64,000 nucleotides of DNA from Sphingobacteriales bacterium (GCA_026391525.1 JAPLEF010000011.1:1527-65526); one strand, 5' to 3'. Positions 19,581 through 29,705 are shown, numbered from the stretch's first letter. The notes: generated by a model from the sequence alone, not told the origin. Numbers and translations are program-made.

Positions 19581-19928
19581 ACAGCCCTATATAAAGGATT
19601 ACGTGTTACCAGCCATACCGATGCGCCGGTAGCTTTTCCTAACCTGATGATGATTATGTAGACGACCGTAAACCGGGTTTCAAGAAGTGGTGCGGTAATT
19701 GGTACAGGAGAGAAATGGACACCTTATGAAGCCTTACAATCCATTACCATCAACGGCGCTTATCAGTATTTCGAAGAAAATACTAAAGGCAGTTTAAAGG
19801 CGGGTAAACTGGCAGGCCTGGTAATTCTCGATAAGAACCCGTTGAAGGTTGATCCTATGAAAATAAAAGATGTAGTTGTTTTGGAAACTACCAAAGAAGG
19901 AAATGCTGCTTATAAGAAAAGCTTGTAA
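19581..19928 (+). pseudogene. 3' remnant of a fourth amidohydrolase paralog
   Basis: Manual translation: TALYKGLRVTSHTDAPVAFPNLMMIM*TTVNRVSRSG...GSLKAGKLAGLVILDKNPLKVDPMKIKD...SL*. TAG at 19659-19661 where paralogs have Trp; no 5' part. Confidence 0.88.
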
Positions 19929-20013
19929 GTATTCATTGTGCAAACAAGATTGCAGCTAAGGCTATCCTGTCGGTATGCTGAATATCATTATCTTCGCTTA
20001 AACAGTTAAACCT

Positions 20014-21231
20014 TTGAATTTTACTCAATTTGGATTCGATGACCGGCTCATGGAAGCCATCGATGCTGCAGGTTACGAAAAAGCTACTCCCGTTCAGGAA
20101 CAGGTAATACCGCATATTCTTGCTGATAAAGATATCATCGCCTCCGCTCAAACCGGAACCGGCAAAACAGCAGCATTCCTGCTTCCACTCATCCATAAAC
20201 TGCTTACCAATAAACACGATCCGCATACCATCAATGCCCTGGTAATTGTACCCACACGCGAACTGGCCATTCAGATTGCCCAACATCTGGAAGGATTCTC
20301 CTATTTTGCCGGAATCAGTTCTATTGCTGTATTCGGTGGTGGCGACGGTAATGCCTTTGTTCAGGAGAAGAAAGCTTTGAGTTTAGGAGCTGAGATCGTT
20401 GTTTGTACCCCCGGTAAGATGATGGCGCATATCAAAATGGGTTATGTGAAATTAGGTGGATTGAAATATCTCGTACTGGATGAAGCCGACCGCATGCTGG
20501 ATATGGGCTTTTTCGATGATATCATGTTCATCATCAAGCATCTTCCTGCACAAAGGCAAAACCTCCTTTTTTCTGCAACGATGCCTCCCAAGATCAGGGA
20601 GCTGGCCCGTAAGATTCTTCATCATCCTGTTGAAGTGAATATCTCCATCAGCAAACCTAACGAAAAAATCATACAACAGGCTTTCATGGTATTTGATACC
20701 CAGAAAATTCCATTGGTGCAGTTTTTGCTGAAAACAAAAAAATTCAACAGCGTACTGATCTTTTGCAGCAGCAAGCTAAGTGTGAAGCAGCTAACGCGCG
20801 ACCTTAAACGCAATAAGGTAGATGCGGATGAAATTCACTCAGATTTGGAACAGGATAAAAGGGAAGAAGTGCTTTCTAATTTCAGAAGCGGGCGATTGCC
20901 TGTTTTGATTGCAACCGATATACTGAGCAGGGGTATCGATATCGACAGTATCGACCTGGTGATCAATTTCGATGCACCTCATGATGGCGAAGACTACGTG
21001 CATCGAATCGGAAGAACTGCCCGTGCTGCGGCTGACGGTACCGCTTATACGCTGATTAGTCCTAAAGAACAACGGAAATTTGCCGCCATTGAAAAATTAA
21101 TCGGAAAGCCGGTTCCAAGAGGGGAAGTTCCTGAATTTCTGGGCCCCGTACCGGAATATAATCCGATTGGCAACCGCACCGGTCAGTCTAACCGGAAAAA
21201 ATCTGGCCGCCAATCAAAAGGCCGTTCCTGA
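20014..21231 (+). CDS. DEAD-box RNA helicase (RhlE-like); TTG start
   Basis: Q motif, AQTGTGKT, PTRELA, DEAD, SAT, HRIGRTAR. Confidence 0.95.
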   Translation: MNFTQFGFDDRLMEAIDAAGYEKATPVQEQVIPHILADKDIIASAQTGTGKTAAFLLPLIHKLLTNKHDPHTINALVIVPTRELAIQIAQHLEGFSYFAGISSIAVFGGGDGNAFVQEKKALSLGAEIVVCTPGKMMAHIKMGYVKLGGLKYLVLDEADRMLDMGFFDDIMFIIKHLPAQRQNLLFSATMPPKIRELARKILHHPVEVNISISKPNEKIIQQAFMVFDTQKIPLVQFLLKTKKFNSVLIFCSSKLSVKQLTRDLKRNKVDADEIHSDLEQDKREEVLSNFRSGRLPVLIATDILSRGIDIDSIDLVINFDAPHDGEDYVHRIGRTARAAADGTAYTLISPKEQRKFAAIEKLIGKPVPRGEVPEFLGPVPEYNPIGNRTGQSNRKKSGRQSKGRS

Positions 21232-21308
21232 TTGATTTAACCAGAAATAACCAGGATAAAAACGGGATTGTTCAGTTATTGATTCCTTGCTGTTCGTACA
21301 CACTGGAA

Positions 21309-21316
21309 TATCTTTG
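21309..21316 (+). promoter_or_regulatory. -7 box upstream of recG
   Basis: TATCTTTG exact TAnnTTTG match. Confidence 0.6.
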
Positions 21317-21330
21317 TAAAAATTTTTCTT

Positions 21331-23442
21331 ATTTCCAACCTCACCGATATATGGCACACACCGGTAGCCTATCTTCCCGGCATAACCAGCATCAAAGCAG
21401 AATGGCTGCATAAAGAGCTGGGCATTTTTAGCTTTCTCCACTTGCTGGAACATTATCCGCTTCGCCATGTAGATAAAACACGGGTAGAAACTATTGCCAG
21501 TGTTAACCCGGGCAGCGATTATGTGCAAGTAGCCGGTAAGCTTTTAAGCTTGCAGTTGGCAGGTGAAGGAAGGGCAAAGAGATTGGTGGCTCACTTGCAA
21601 GATGCTACAGGGGTATTAGAATTGGTATGGTTTCAAGGCATCACATGGGTAGATAAATACCTGAAAGTTGGAGATACCTATCTTGTTTATGGAAAACCGG
21701 GATTCTTCATGTCGAAACCCCAGATGTCGCATCCGGAGATAGAAAAATTCAATACCAAAGAGGCTAATGCAAAATCTTTTCTTGAACCGGTTTATCCCTC
21801 TACCGAAAAGCTTAAGGCGAAAGGATTGCATGGAAGGGCTATTGCAAAATTTACACAGGAATTATTCAAAAGGATCACTGAAAAGGAGCTGCCTGAAATT
21901 CTTCCTGAAAATATACTCCAACAATACCGGCTGATGAACCGTTATGAAGCATATAAGCAAATTCATTTTCCGGCATCAATTGCTCATTACCAACAAGCCC
22001 TTCGTCGTTTGAAATTTGAGGAACTCTTTTTAGCACAATTAAAGATTCAAAAGTCCCGTATAGATCGTATCCGCCTCAGCCGCGGGCAGGTTTTCAGTAA
22101 GCTGGGCAACTTGTTCAATGATTTTTACGCACATCACCTGCCTTTTTCGCTAACGGGTGCTCAAAAAAGAGTGTTGAAGGAAATCAGGAAGGATACGGCG
22201 AGCGGCCATCAGATGAACCGCCTGCTTCAAGGGGATGTAGGCAGCGGTAAAACAATGGTAGCGTTGCTTTCGATGCTCATGGCTGCCGATAATGGCTTCC
22301 AGAGTGTATTGATGGCGCCAACAGAAATATTGGCAAGGCAACATTTCAATACCATCAGCGATTTACTGAAACAGTTACCCGTAACCGTTAAATTGCTTAC
22401 CGGTTCCACTGTTGCAAAAGAAAGAAAACAAATATTATCCGGATGTGCCGATGGTTCTGTTCATATTTTGATTGGAACCCATGCAGTAATTGAAGATAAA
22501 GTACAGTTTCAATCCCTTGGCTTTTCTGTTGTGGATGAGCAACATAAGTTTGGTGTGGCCCAACGTGCCAGTCTCTGGAAGAAAAGCACTATTCCTCCAC
22601 ACACCTTAGTGATGACGGCAACCCCGATACCCCGCACCATGGCAATGACCATTTACGGCGATTTGGATTATAGCGTGATTGATGAATTGCCTCCGGGCCG
22701 CAAACCGGTGAAAACCCTGCATCGCAATGAATCGCAAAGGATGCAGGTGATGGAATTCATCCGCGAGCAGATTAAACTGGGCCGTCAGGCTTATGTGATC
22801 TATCCATTGATTGAAGAAAGCAGTGCCCTCGATTACGAAAACCTGATGAAAGGCTTTGAAGAAGTAAAAGCCTTTTTCCCACCTCCGGAATATTATATCA
22901 GTATGGTGCACGGCAAACAAAATGCTGAACTTAAAGAAACCAATATGCAAAGGTTTGTATCGGGCGATACTCAGATTTTGGTAGGTACTACGGTGATTGA
23001 AGTTGGCGTTAATGTACCGAACGCAAGTGTTATGGTGATTGAAAGTGCCGAAAAATTCGGTTTATCACAACTTCATCAGCTCAGAGGAAGGGTGGGTAGG
23101 GGGGCTGATCAGAGTTTTTGCATTTTATTAACAGGAAATAAATGCACATCCGTTGCAAAACAACGTCTTAAAATTATGGTAGATACCAATGATGGTTTTG
23201 TAATTGCTGAGAAAGATTTGGAAATCAGAGGACCGGGCGAAATGGAAGGAACCAGGCAAAGTGGCGTATTGTTATTCAAACTTGCAAACCTGGTTGAAGA
23301 CAAAATCATGCTGGAAGCAGCAAAGAATGTTGTTGCCCATTTGTTTGCCACAGACCCGGTACTTGAGAAAGAGGAACACCAGGCATTGAAAAAACATCAG
23401 GATGCACAAAAGACTAAAATAAGATGGGGTAAAATTGCCTGA
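21331..23442 (+). CDS. recG: ATP-dependent DNA helicase RecG (probable ATT start at 21331; ORF track starts at 21442)
   Basis: LQGDVGSGKT, MAPTEILA, DEQHKFGV, MTATPIPRT, QLHQLRGRVGRG; the upstream in-frame segment TPVAYLPGITSIKAEWLHKELGIFS matches the RecG N-terminus. Confidence 0.95.
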   Translation: MSNLTDIWHTPVAYLPGITSIKAEWLHKELGIFSFLHLLEHYPLRHVDKTRVETIASVNPGSDYVQVAGKLLSLQLAGEGRAKRLVAHLQDATGVLELVWFQGITWVDKYLKVGDTYLVYGKPGFFMSKPQMSHPEIEKFNTKEANAKSFLEPVYPSTEKLKAKGLHGRAIAKFTQELFKRITEKELPEILPENILQQYRLMNRYEAYKQIHFPASIAHYQQALRRLKFEELFLAQLKIQKSRIDRIRLSRGQVFSKLGNLFNDFYAHHLPFSLTGAQKRVLKEIRKDTASGHQMNRLLQGDVGSGKTMVALLSMLMAADNGFQSVLMAPTEILARQHFNTISDLLKQLPVTVKLLTGSTVAKERKQILSGCADGSVHILIGTHAVIEDKVQFQSLGFSVVDEQHKFGVAQRASLWKKSTIPPHTLVMTATPIPRTMAMTIYGDLDYSVIDELPPGRKPVKTLHRNESQRMQVMEFIREQIKLGRQAYVIYPLIEESSALDYENLMKGFEEVKAFFPPPEYYISMVHGKQNAELKETNMQRFVSGDTQILVGTTVIEVGVNVPNASVMVIESAEKFGLSQLHQLRGRVGRGADQSFCILLTGNKCTSVAKQRLKIMVDTNDGFVIAEKDLEIRGPGEMEGTRQSGVLLFKLANLVEDKIMLEAAKNVVAHLFATDPVLEKEEHQALKKHQDAQKTKIRWGKIA

Positions 23443-23529
23443 TGCTGTTATCTGGTTTTGAGTTTTACTCAATTAGGCAACAAAACGGGGTTTATAGTGT
23501 TTTAATAAGTAAATTGTAAAAAAATATCC

Positions 23530-26500
23530 TTGCATCCGCGCAGGCAAATATCATCCTTAATATGCCTTTTTTTATTACTGGCTTTCTTACCGGGTAAGCT
23601 TTTGGCTCAGATGGAATTTATCGAGAATAAGGGCCAATGGGATGAACGCATAAAATATAAGGCCGAGTTTTCAACAGGAACTTTTCACCTCGAAAAGGAT
23701 GGCTATTCAGTATTGCTTCATGAACCTTCCGACCTCGATAAGTTCTTTTCTTATACTCATGGCCATGAGGTGGGTAAAACTCCTTTACCGGATTCATTTA
23801 CCCTCCACTCTTTCTTTTACCGCGTAAGTTTTTTGGGTGCAGGCAGGAATATGAAAACTGTTCCGGAAAAACTCTTGCCTCAGTATAACAATTATTTTAA
23901 TGGAACCGACAAGTCGAAGTGGGCTGCAGATTGCAAAATTTTTCAGGCAGTTACTTACAAGGAAGTTTACCCGAACATAGATGTAAGGTATTATATGGAA
24001 GGGGAAAGGCTCAAGTACGATTTCATTGTTCATCCCGGTGGCAATGTATCTCAGATTGCTTTACGCTTTGATGGCCCCGAAGAAATGAAAATTTCAGAAA
24101 GGCAACTGATTTTGAAAACCGCTGTCGGGGAAGTTAAGGAATTGGCGCCTTTCAGTTTTCAACCTTCCACAACCGGTGCCCGTGACGAAATAGATTGTAA
24201 ATATGTGTTAAAGAACAACATACTCACGTTTCAGGTTAAACGCTACGACCCTGCCAAAACGCTTGTCATAGATCCTACGATAATTTTCGCTTCATTTACC
24301 GGAAGTACGGCTGATAACTGGGGATATACGGCAACTCCAGGACCCGATGGAAGTTTTTTTGCCGGCGGAATCGTTTTCAAAGGGCTACCGGGTGAAACCT
24401 ACCTCGTTTCTCCCGGTGCTTTCCAAACAACTTTTCAGGGTGGTGAACCCGATGGTACAATCACTGGTGGGTATGATATTGCCATTTTCAAATTTTCTTC
24501 TAATGGTTCGGCAAGGTTATATGCCACTTATCTGGGTGGGAGTGGCAATGAACAACCACATAGTATGATCACCGATTCAAAAGGCAATCTTATAGTTGCC
24601 GGAAGAACCACATCAAACAATTACCCGGTTACCCGTTCTCTGATAGGGTCAGGCGGAAATGCAGATATTTTCATCACCAAATTCAATGCCACGGGTACCG
24701 CATTGCTTGGCTCCGTAAAAATTGGCGGCAGTGGTAATGATGGCGTAAACATCCGTTCAAAATATGTTGAACCTCAGGGCGCGGAAAGTCTCCGCCGCAA
24801 TTATGGAGATGATGCCCGCAGCGAAGTGATTCTTGATGGGGCTGGAAATATCATCCTGGCTTCCTGCAGCAGCTCACCCAACTTTCCAACTTTAGGCACT
24901 CCATTAAATATCACCGGGGGATACGGAGGTGGATCTCAGGATGGGGTTATCCTTAAATTCAACAATACTTTATCAACTTATCAATATGGCTCTTTCTTTG
25001 GGGGATCGGGTACGGATGCCTGTTTTGTAGCAAGCATCAATCCAGCCAACGGAAATCTTTTCGTTGCCGGAGGTACAACAAGCAGCAATATTCCGGGAAG
25101 AGATACTACAAGTTTGTATCCTAATTTCAAGGGTGGAGAAACAGATGGGTTTATCACTTCTCTTAAAATAGATGGAAGCGGTTTGATTAAAAGCTCCTAT
25201 CTGGGAACTGCCGGAATAGACATCGTATACGGATTGAAGTTCGACCGCATCGGCTTCCCTTATGTGATGGGTACAACAACTGGCAGCTGGCCCATTATAA
25301 ATGCAGCATTCAGCAATCCGGGCAGTTCTCAATTCATAGCCAAACTAAAACCTGATCTTTCTGGATTTGTTTACTCTACCATTTTCGGCACAGGTAGCCA
25401 GATTCCTAATCTTTCACCCATCGGGTTTTTAGTTGACCGATGTGAGAACGTATATTTTACCGGCTGGGGCGGTGGTGTAAACAAGACCCAGAACTATAAT
25501 ACCGGTAATACCAGAAATTTACCGGAAGTGAATCCACTCCCCGGTATCCCGGCTGCAGATGGTCAGGATTTCTTCTTCTTTGTATTGCGCCGGGATGCCC
25601 AAGCTCAGCTTTTTGGAACCCATTTCGGGCAATTTGGAGGTTATGGGGATCATGTGGATGGAGGTACCAGCAGATTTGATGAAAATGGCATCATTTACCA
25701 GGCAATTTGTGGCAACTGTGGTAGAGGAGTGTCCTTCCCAACCACACCGGGCGTATGGCGGAGTACCAATGGTAGCAGAATTTGTAACCAGATTGCCCTT
25801 AAAGTGGAAATGAATTTCGCAGGTGTTTCTGCCGGTGTACAGTCATCCATTAATGCTGTGATCAACGATACCCTTGGCTGTATTCCTTTCAGGGTAGATT
25901 TTATTGATACCTTACGAAAAGGAAAAACCATGTTTTGGGACTTTGGTAATGGCCTACGAGATACCAGTTTTGCACCAGATTTTTCCACTTTCACCACCTA
26001 CAACGCCGTTGGGTTTTACAGGGTAAGGGTAATTGCTGAAGATTCAGCAGCCTGTAATATCAGGGACACTTCATATGTCACTATTAAGGCGGGAAATAAT
26101 GAAGCCAACCTCAACTTCCGTGCGGTGAAAGATACCCCTTGTACCAGCCTGAATTATTCTTTCTTTAACCAGTCTGTACCCGATTTTGGCAGTTTCGGGC
26201 CGCAAAGTTTTGAGTGGGATTTTGGTGATGGTAGCCCACCAGTTATCTCTTTCAATGCTACCCATACATTCCCCGCTGTTGGTGATTATGTGGTGAAGCT
26301 AAAATTAATCGATACTTTATTTTGTAACTCCCCGGCAGAAAAAATTCTTAACCTGAGGGTAAATCCTCTAATCAAAGCCACTTTCACTACACCTGCGCTT
26401 GGATGTGCACCTTATCTTGCCCAGTTTACCAATACATCAGGTACTGCAGATGTAACCTGGGAATTTGATGATGGCACTACTTCCATTGTGGAGAACCCGG

Positions 26501-27126
26501 TAAAAAGTTATCCGGTTCCGGGAACTTACCGGGTACGGTTAATCGCCCGGGATCCCAACACCTGTAATAAAATTGATACTTCCGATTATTTCAGTATTCT
26601 CGTATCACCGCGTCCCGATGCAAGATTTACATGGGCACCCAATCCTCCGTTACGAAATACCCCTACAAATTTCACTAACCAATCTTTAGGAGCCGTGAGG
26701 TATTTATGGAATTTTGGCGACGGAGGGAGTTCAACCGAAGAAAATCCATCTTATCAATATAATGCTACAGGAAGCTATAGGGCAGAATTGATCGCCTTTA
26801 ATGCACAAAACTGTACAGATACTTTCACCCTTACTGTACGCGCACTGGTAGATCCATTGCTGGATGTACCTAATGCATTTACACCGGGTCGTTTCGGACA
26901 AAATGGAATTGTAAAAGTAACCGGTTTCGGAATCGGGAAAATGGATTGGAAAATTTATAACCGCTGGGGGCAGCTTATTTTTCAGTCTACTAATAAGCAA
27001 TCGGGCTGGGACGGCACATTCAAAGGTAAATTACAAGCGATGGACGTTTATGTTTATACGTTGGATGTGGAATTCACCGATGGGAAAAAATTACGCAAAA
27101 CAGGCGATATTACTTTATTAAGATAA
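23530..27126 (+). CDS. T9SS type-B CTD (gliding-motility-associated C-terminal domain) cargo with N-terminal FIENKGQW domain, beta-propeller-like repeats and ~4 PKD domains
   Basis: EFIENKGQW; YATYLGGSGNE repeats; WDFGDG motifs; C-terminal VPNAFTPG...IYNRWG...GWDGTFKG...GDITLLR. Confidence 0.9.
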   Translation: MHPRRQISSLICLFLLLAFLPGKLLAQMEFIENKGQWDERIKYKAEFSTGTFHLEKDGYSVLLHEPSDLDKFFSYTHGHEVGKTPLPDSFTLHSFFYRVSFLGAGRNMKTVPEKLLPQYNNYFNGTDKSKWAADCKIFQAVTYKEVYPNIDVRYYMEGERLKYDFIVHPGGNVSQIALRFDGPEEMKISERQLILKTAVGEVKELAPFSFQPSTTGARDEIDCKYVLKNNILTFQVKRYDPAKTLVIDPTIIFASFTGSTADNWGYTATPGPDGSFFAGGIVFKGLPGETYLVSPGAFQTTFQGGEPDGTITGGYDIAIFKFSSNGSARLYATYLGGSGNEQPHSMITDSKGNLIVAGRTTSNNYPVTRSLIGSGGNADIFITKFNATGTALLGSVKIGGSGNDGVNIRSKYVEPQGAESLRRNYGDDARSEVILDGAGNIILASCSSSPNFPTLGTPLNITGGYGGGSQDGVILKFNNTLSTYQYGSFFGGSGTDACFVASINPANGNLFVAGGTTSSNIPGRDTTSLYPNFKGGETDGFITSLKIDGSGLIKSSYLGTAGIDIVYGLKFDRIGFPYVMGTTTGSWPIINAAFSNPGSSQFIAKLKPDLSGFVYSTIFGTGSQIPNLSPIGFLVDRCENVYFTGWGGGVNKTQNYNTGNTRNLPEVNPLPGIPAADGQDFFFFVLRRDAQAQLFGTHFGQFGGYGDHVDGGTSRFDENGIIYQAICGNCGRGVSFPTTPGVWRSTNGSRICNQIALKVEMNFAGVSAGVQSSINAVINDTLGCIPFRVDFIDTLRKGKTMFWDFGNGLRDTSFAPDFSTFTTYNAVGFYRVRVIAEDSAACNIRDTSYVTIKAGNNEANLNFRAVKDTPCTSLNYSFFNQSVPDFGSFGPQSFEWDFGDGSPPVISFNATHTFPAVGDYVVKLKLIDTLFCNSPAEKILNLRVNPLIKATFTTPALGCAPYLAQFTNTSGTADVTWEFDDGTTSIVENPVKSYPVPGTYRVRLIARDPNTCNKIDTSDYFSILVSPRPDARFTWAPNPPLRNTPTNFTNQSLGAVRYLWNFGDGGSSTEENPSYQYNATGSYRAELIAFNAQNCTDTFTLTVRALVDPLLDVPNAFTPGRFGQNGIVKVTGFGIGKMDWKIYNRWGQLIFQSTNKQSGWDGTFKGKLQAMDVYVYTLDVEFTDGKKLRKTGDITLLR

Positions 27127-27137
27127 TAGTACAATCT

Positions 27138-28220
27138 TTGAGCAAAACAATTCACATAACTGTTAAGCATAGCCTAAGTAATAGGGTAATCAGGATTATG
27201 CCTGTATCGAATTGCCTTGCGATTTTTTTGCTGATCTTGGTTGTTTCATCCAAAAGCCTTTTTGCTCAAGATCTTCATTTCTCGCAGTTTTTTCATTCTC
27301 CGCTTTCAACCAATCCTGCAAATACGGGTTTTATTCCGGATGCTGATTATCGTATCGGTGCCCATTACCGCAATCAGTATAGCAGCATCATGGCAATTCC
27401 TTATAAAACCGTGAGCTTGTTTGGAGATGCTCAGGTTTTGCGTAATACTTTTCAAAACGGTTGGCTTGGCCTTGGCGGGCTCATCTTAAGTGATGTGGCC
27501 GGTAGTGGAAGCCTTCGTTCTACAAAAGTATACGGATCTATAGCCTATCATCAGATGTTGGGAAACAGCAGTTTACTGAGTGCCGGTTTTAACCTTGGAT
27601 GGGCAAATAAACGTATTGACCCTACCGTATTGAAATTTCCTGACCAGTTTGATGGTAAGTTTTTCGACAATACATTGCCCACTTCAGTGGTTTTAACCAA
27701 TACCAGTGTCAGTTATTTTGATATGCAAGCCGGAATCAATTACGCTTTTTTCCCTTCAGATGATGTTTATATCAATGCGGGTTATTCGATACATCATGTC
27801 AACAAGCCGAAGGAATCTTTTTTCAACGACCAAACGAATAACGGCATCATACCCATGCGCCATATCGGATTTTTGAATGCAATACTGAAAGTCAACTCTT
27901 CCGTAATCATCAGTCCTAATCTTTATTATAGCAATCAGGCCAATGCAGCTACATTGGTAGGTGGTGTTCTGATGAATTATAACCTGGCCCCTTCCGGTGA
28001 AAAGCAATTGATAGCAGGATTATATTACCGATACAAGGATGCCATCATACCCATGGCAGGGTTTCAATTGGGTACTGTAAAATTCACTTTCAGTTATGAT
28101 GCCACTGCTTCCTCACTGAGCCAATTCAATAACATGAGGGGTGCAGGTGAATTGAGTATTATCAAGAACGGTTTTTATGCAGATAACCAAGACAGGCAGT
28201 CGCTTTGTCCTACCTTTTAA
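27138..28220 (+). CDS. PorP/SprF family T9SS membrane protein
   Basis: QDLHFSQFFHSPLSTNPANTG, YRNQY, FSYD, terminal CPTF; directly follows a type-B CTD gene. Confidence 0.9.
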   Translation: MSKTIHITVKHSLSNRVIRIMPVSNCLAIFLLILVVSSKSLFAQDLHFSQFFHSPLSTNPANTGFIPDADYRIGAHYRNQYSSIMAIPYKTVSLFGDAQVLRNTFQNGWLGLGGLILSDVAGSGSLRSTKVYGSIAYHQMLGNSSLLSAGFNLGWANKRIDPTVLKFPDQFDGKFFDNTLPTSVVLTNTSVSYFDMQAGINYAFFPSDDVYINAGYSIHHVNKPKESFFNDQTNNGIIPMRHIGFLNAILKVNSSVIISPNLYYSNQANAATLVGGVLMNYNLAPSGEKQLIAGLYYRYKDAIIPMAGFQLGTVKFTFSYDATASSLSQFNNMRGAGELSIIKNGFYADNQDRQSLCPTF

Positions 28221-28229
28221 CCTTAGCCT

Positions 28230-28237
28230 TATCTTTG
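28230..28237 (+). promoter_or_regulatory. -7 box upstream of the FAD oxidoreductase gene
   Basis: TATCTTTG 40 bp before ATG 28277; supports this start over 28205. Confidence 0.55.
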
Positions 28238-28276
28238 TGCCCGAAAGAAATATTCAATTCTTACCAAAAGTATAAA

Positions 28277-29692
28277 ATGGCGGTTACTGAAAAAACAATC
28301 CTCCCGATTGCTGAACTTATCCAAACTTTTGCTTCAATTGTAGGTGCGCCATATGTAATCACCTCATCAGATCAGTTAGATCCGTTTGCTCATGATGAAA
28401 CTGAAAATCTTTATTTTCTTCCGGAGATGGTAATCCGGCCTCGTACTGCAACAGAAATAAGTGAAATCCTTAAGATATGCAATCACCATCATATTCCGGT
28501 AACGCCACGGGGTGCAGGAACAGGTCTGAGCGGCGGAGCTCTGGCTCATAAAGGAGGAGTTTTGCTTTGCTTCGACAGGATGAATGAAATACTCTTTATT
28601 GATGAGCAAAACCTTCAGGTAACCACTGAACCAGGTGTTATCACAGAAGTACTTCAGGATGCATTGAAAGCAAAGGGTCTTTTTTATCCACCTGATCCTT
28701 CTAGTAGGGGAAGCTGCTTTATAGGAGGAAACATTGCTGAAAACAGTGGCGGTCCAAAAGCAGTTAAATATGGGGTTGTGAAAGATTATGTCATCAATCT
28801 GGAACTGGTGTTGCCTTCTGGGGAAATCATATGGACGGGTGCCAATGTGTTGAAGAATGCAACAGGTTATAACCTCACTCAACTCATTGTAGGCAGTGAA
28901 GGCACCCTGGGTATTGTTACCAAGATCGTGTTGCGTTTAATTCCACATCCAACACATGACCTATTGATGCTCGTACCCTTCAACGACCTTGAAAAGGCAG
29001 GAGCGGCTGTAAGTGCTATTTTCAGGGCAGGATTTATTCCAAGCGTGATGGAATTAGTGGAGATAGACGCTCTGCAAATTGTAAGTGCAATGGTAGGTAG
29101 CAATGCAGTGAAAGTGGAAGATGGAACGGCTGCTCATCTGCTGATAGAAGTGGATGGTAATCATCCGGATCTTTTACTGCGTGATATGGAAGCTATGGCT
29201 GCATTACTGGAACAATTCGATTGCGGGGAGATTTATTTTGCAGAAGATGCTACACAAAAAGCCGAACTCTGGAAATTACGCCGGCGTGTAGCCGAAGCCG
29301 TTAAGTTGGCAGGTTACAGTATTGAAGAAGATACTGTAGTGCCCCGTGCAGCCTTACCTGCACTCATTCGTGGGGTGAAGGAACTTGGGAGGGAGTATAA
29401 CTTTAAAGCGGTTTGCTATGGTCATGCCGGCGATGGAAACCTTCATATCCGTATTAAAAAGGAAGGAAGTTTATACAGCCTTGATAATCCGGATGTCATT
29501 CCTGCGCTAAGGGCTTTATTCAACCTGGTGAAATCTTTAGGAGGAACCATAAGCGGCGAGCATGGCATTGGTTTGATCCAAAAGCCCTATATGGATATCG
29601 CTTTTGATGAAACCACTTTACAATTGATGAGGAGCATTAAAAAATGTTTTGACCCTAACAATATCCTGAATGCTGGAAAAATATTTGATTGA
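28277..29692 (+). CDS. FAD-binding oxidoreductase, GlcD/D-2-hydroxyacid dehydrogenase family
   Basis: TPRGAGTGLSGG, YPPDPSS, GSEGTLG, GHAGDGNLH, GTISGEHGIG, DPNNILNAGK. Confidence 0.92.
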   Translation: MAVTEKTILPIAELIQTFASIVGAPYVITSSDQLDPFAHDETENLYFLPEMVIRPRTATEISEILKICNHHHIPVTPRGAGTGLSGGALAHKGGVLLCFDRMNEILFIDEQNLQVTTEPGVITEVLQDALKAKGLFYPPDPSSRGSCFIGGNIAENSGGPKAVKYGVVKDYVINLELVLPSGEIIWTGANVLKNATGYNLTQLIVGSEGTLGIVTKIVLRLIPHPTHDLLMLVPFNDLEKAGAAVSAIFRAGFIPSVMELVEIDALQIVSAMVGSNAVKVEDGTAAHLLIEVDGNHPDLLLRDMEAMAALLEQFDCGEIYFAEDATQKAELWKLRRRVAEAVKLAGYSIEEDTVVPRAALPALIRGVKELGREYNFKAVCYGHAGDGNLHIRIKKEGSLYSLDNPDVIPALRALFNLVKSLGGTISGEHGIGLIQKPYMDIAFDETTLQLMRSIKKCFDPNNILNAGKIFD

Positions 29693-29705
29693 AAAATTAG
29701 TTGAT

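Noticed and set aside
19016-19661. Two in-frame stops (TAA, TAG) as evidence of stop-codon reassignment
   Set aside because: Intact genes throughout the window end at TAA, TAG and TGA normally; both stops lie in a locally decaying segment
19933-20286. 117-aa minus-strand ORF and the many other 60-200-aa antisense ORFs in the track
   Set aside because: Shadow ORFs opposite well-supported genes, with no motifs
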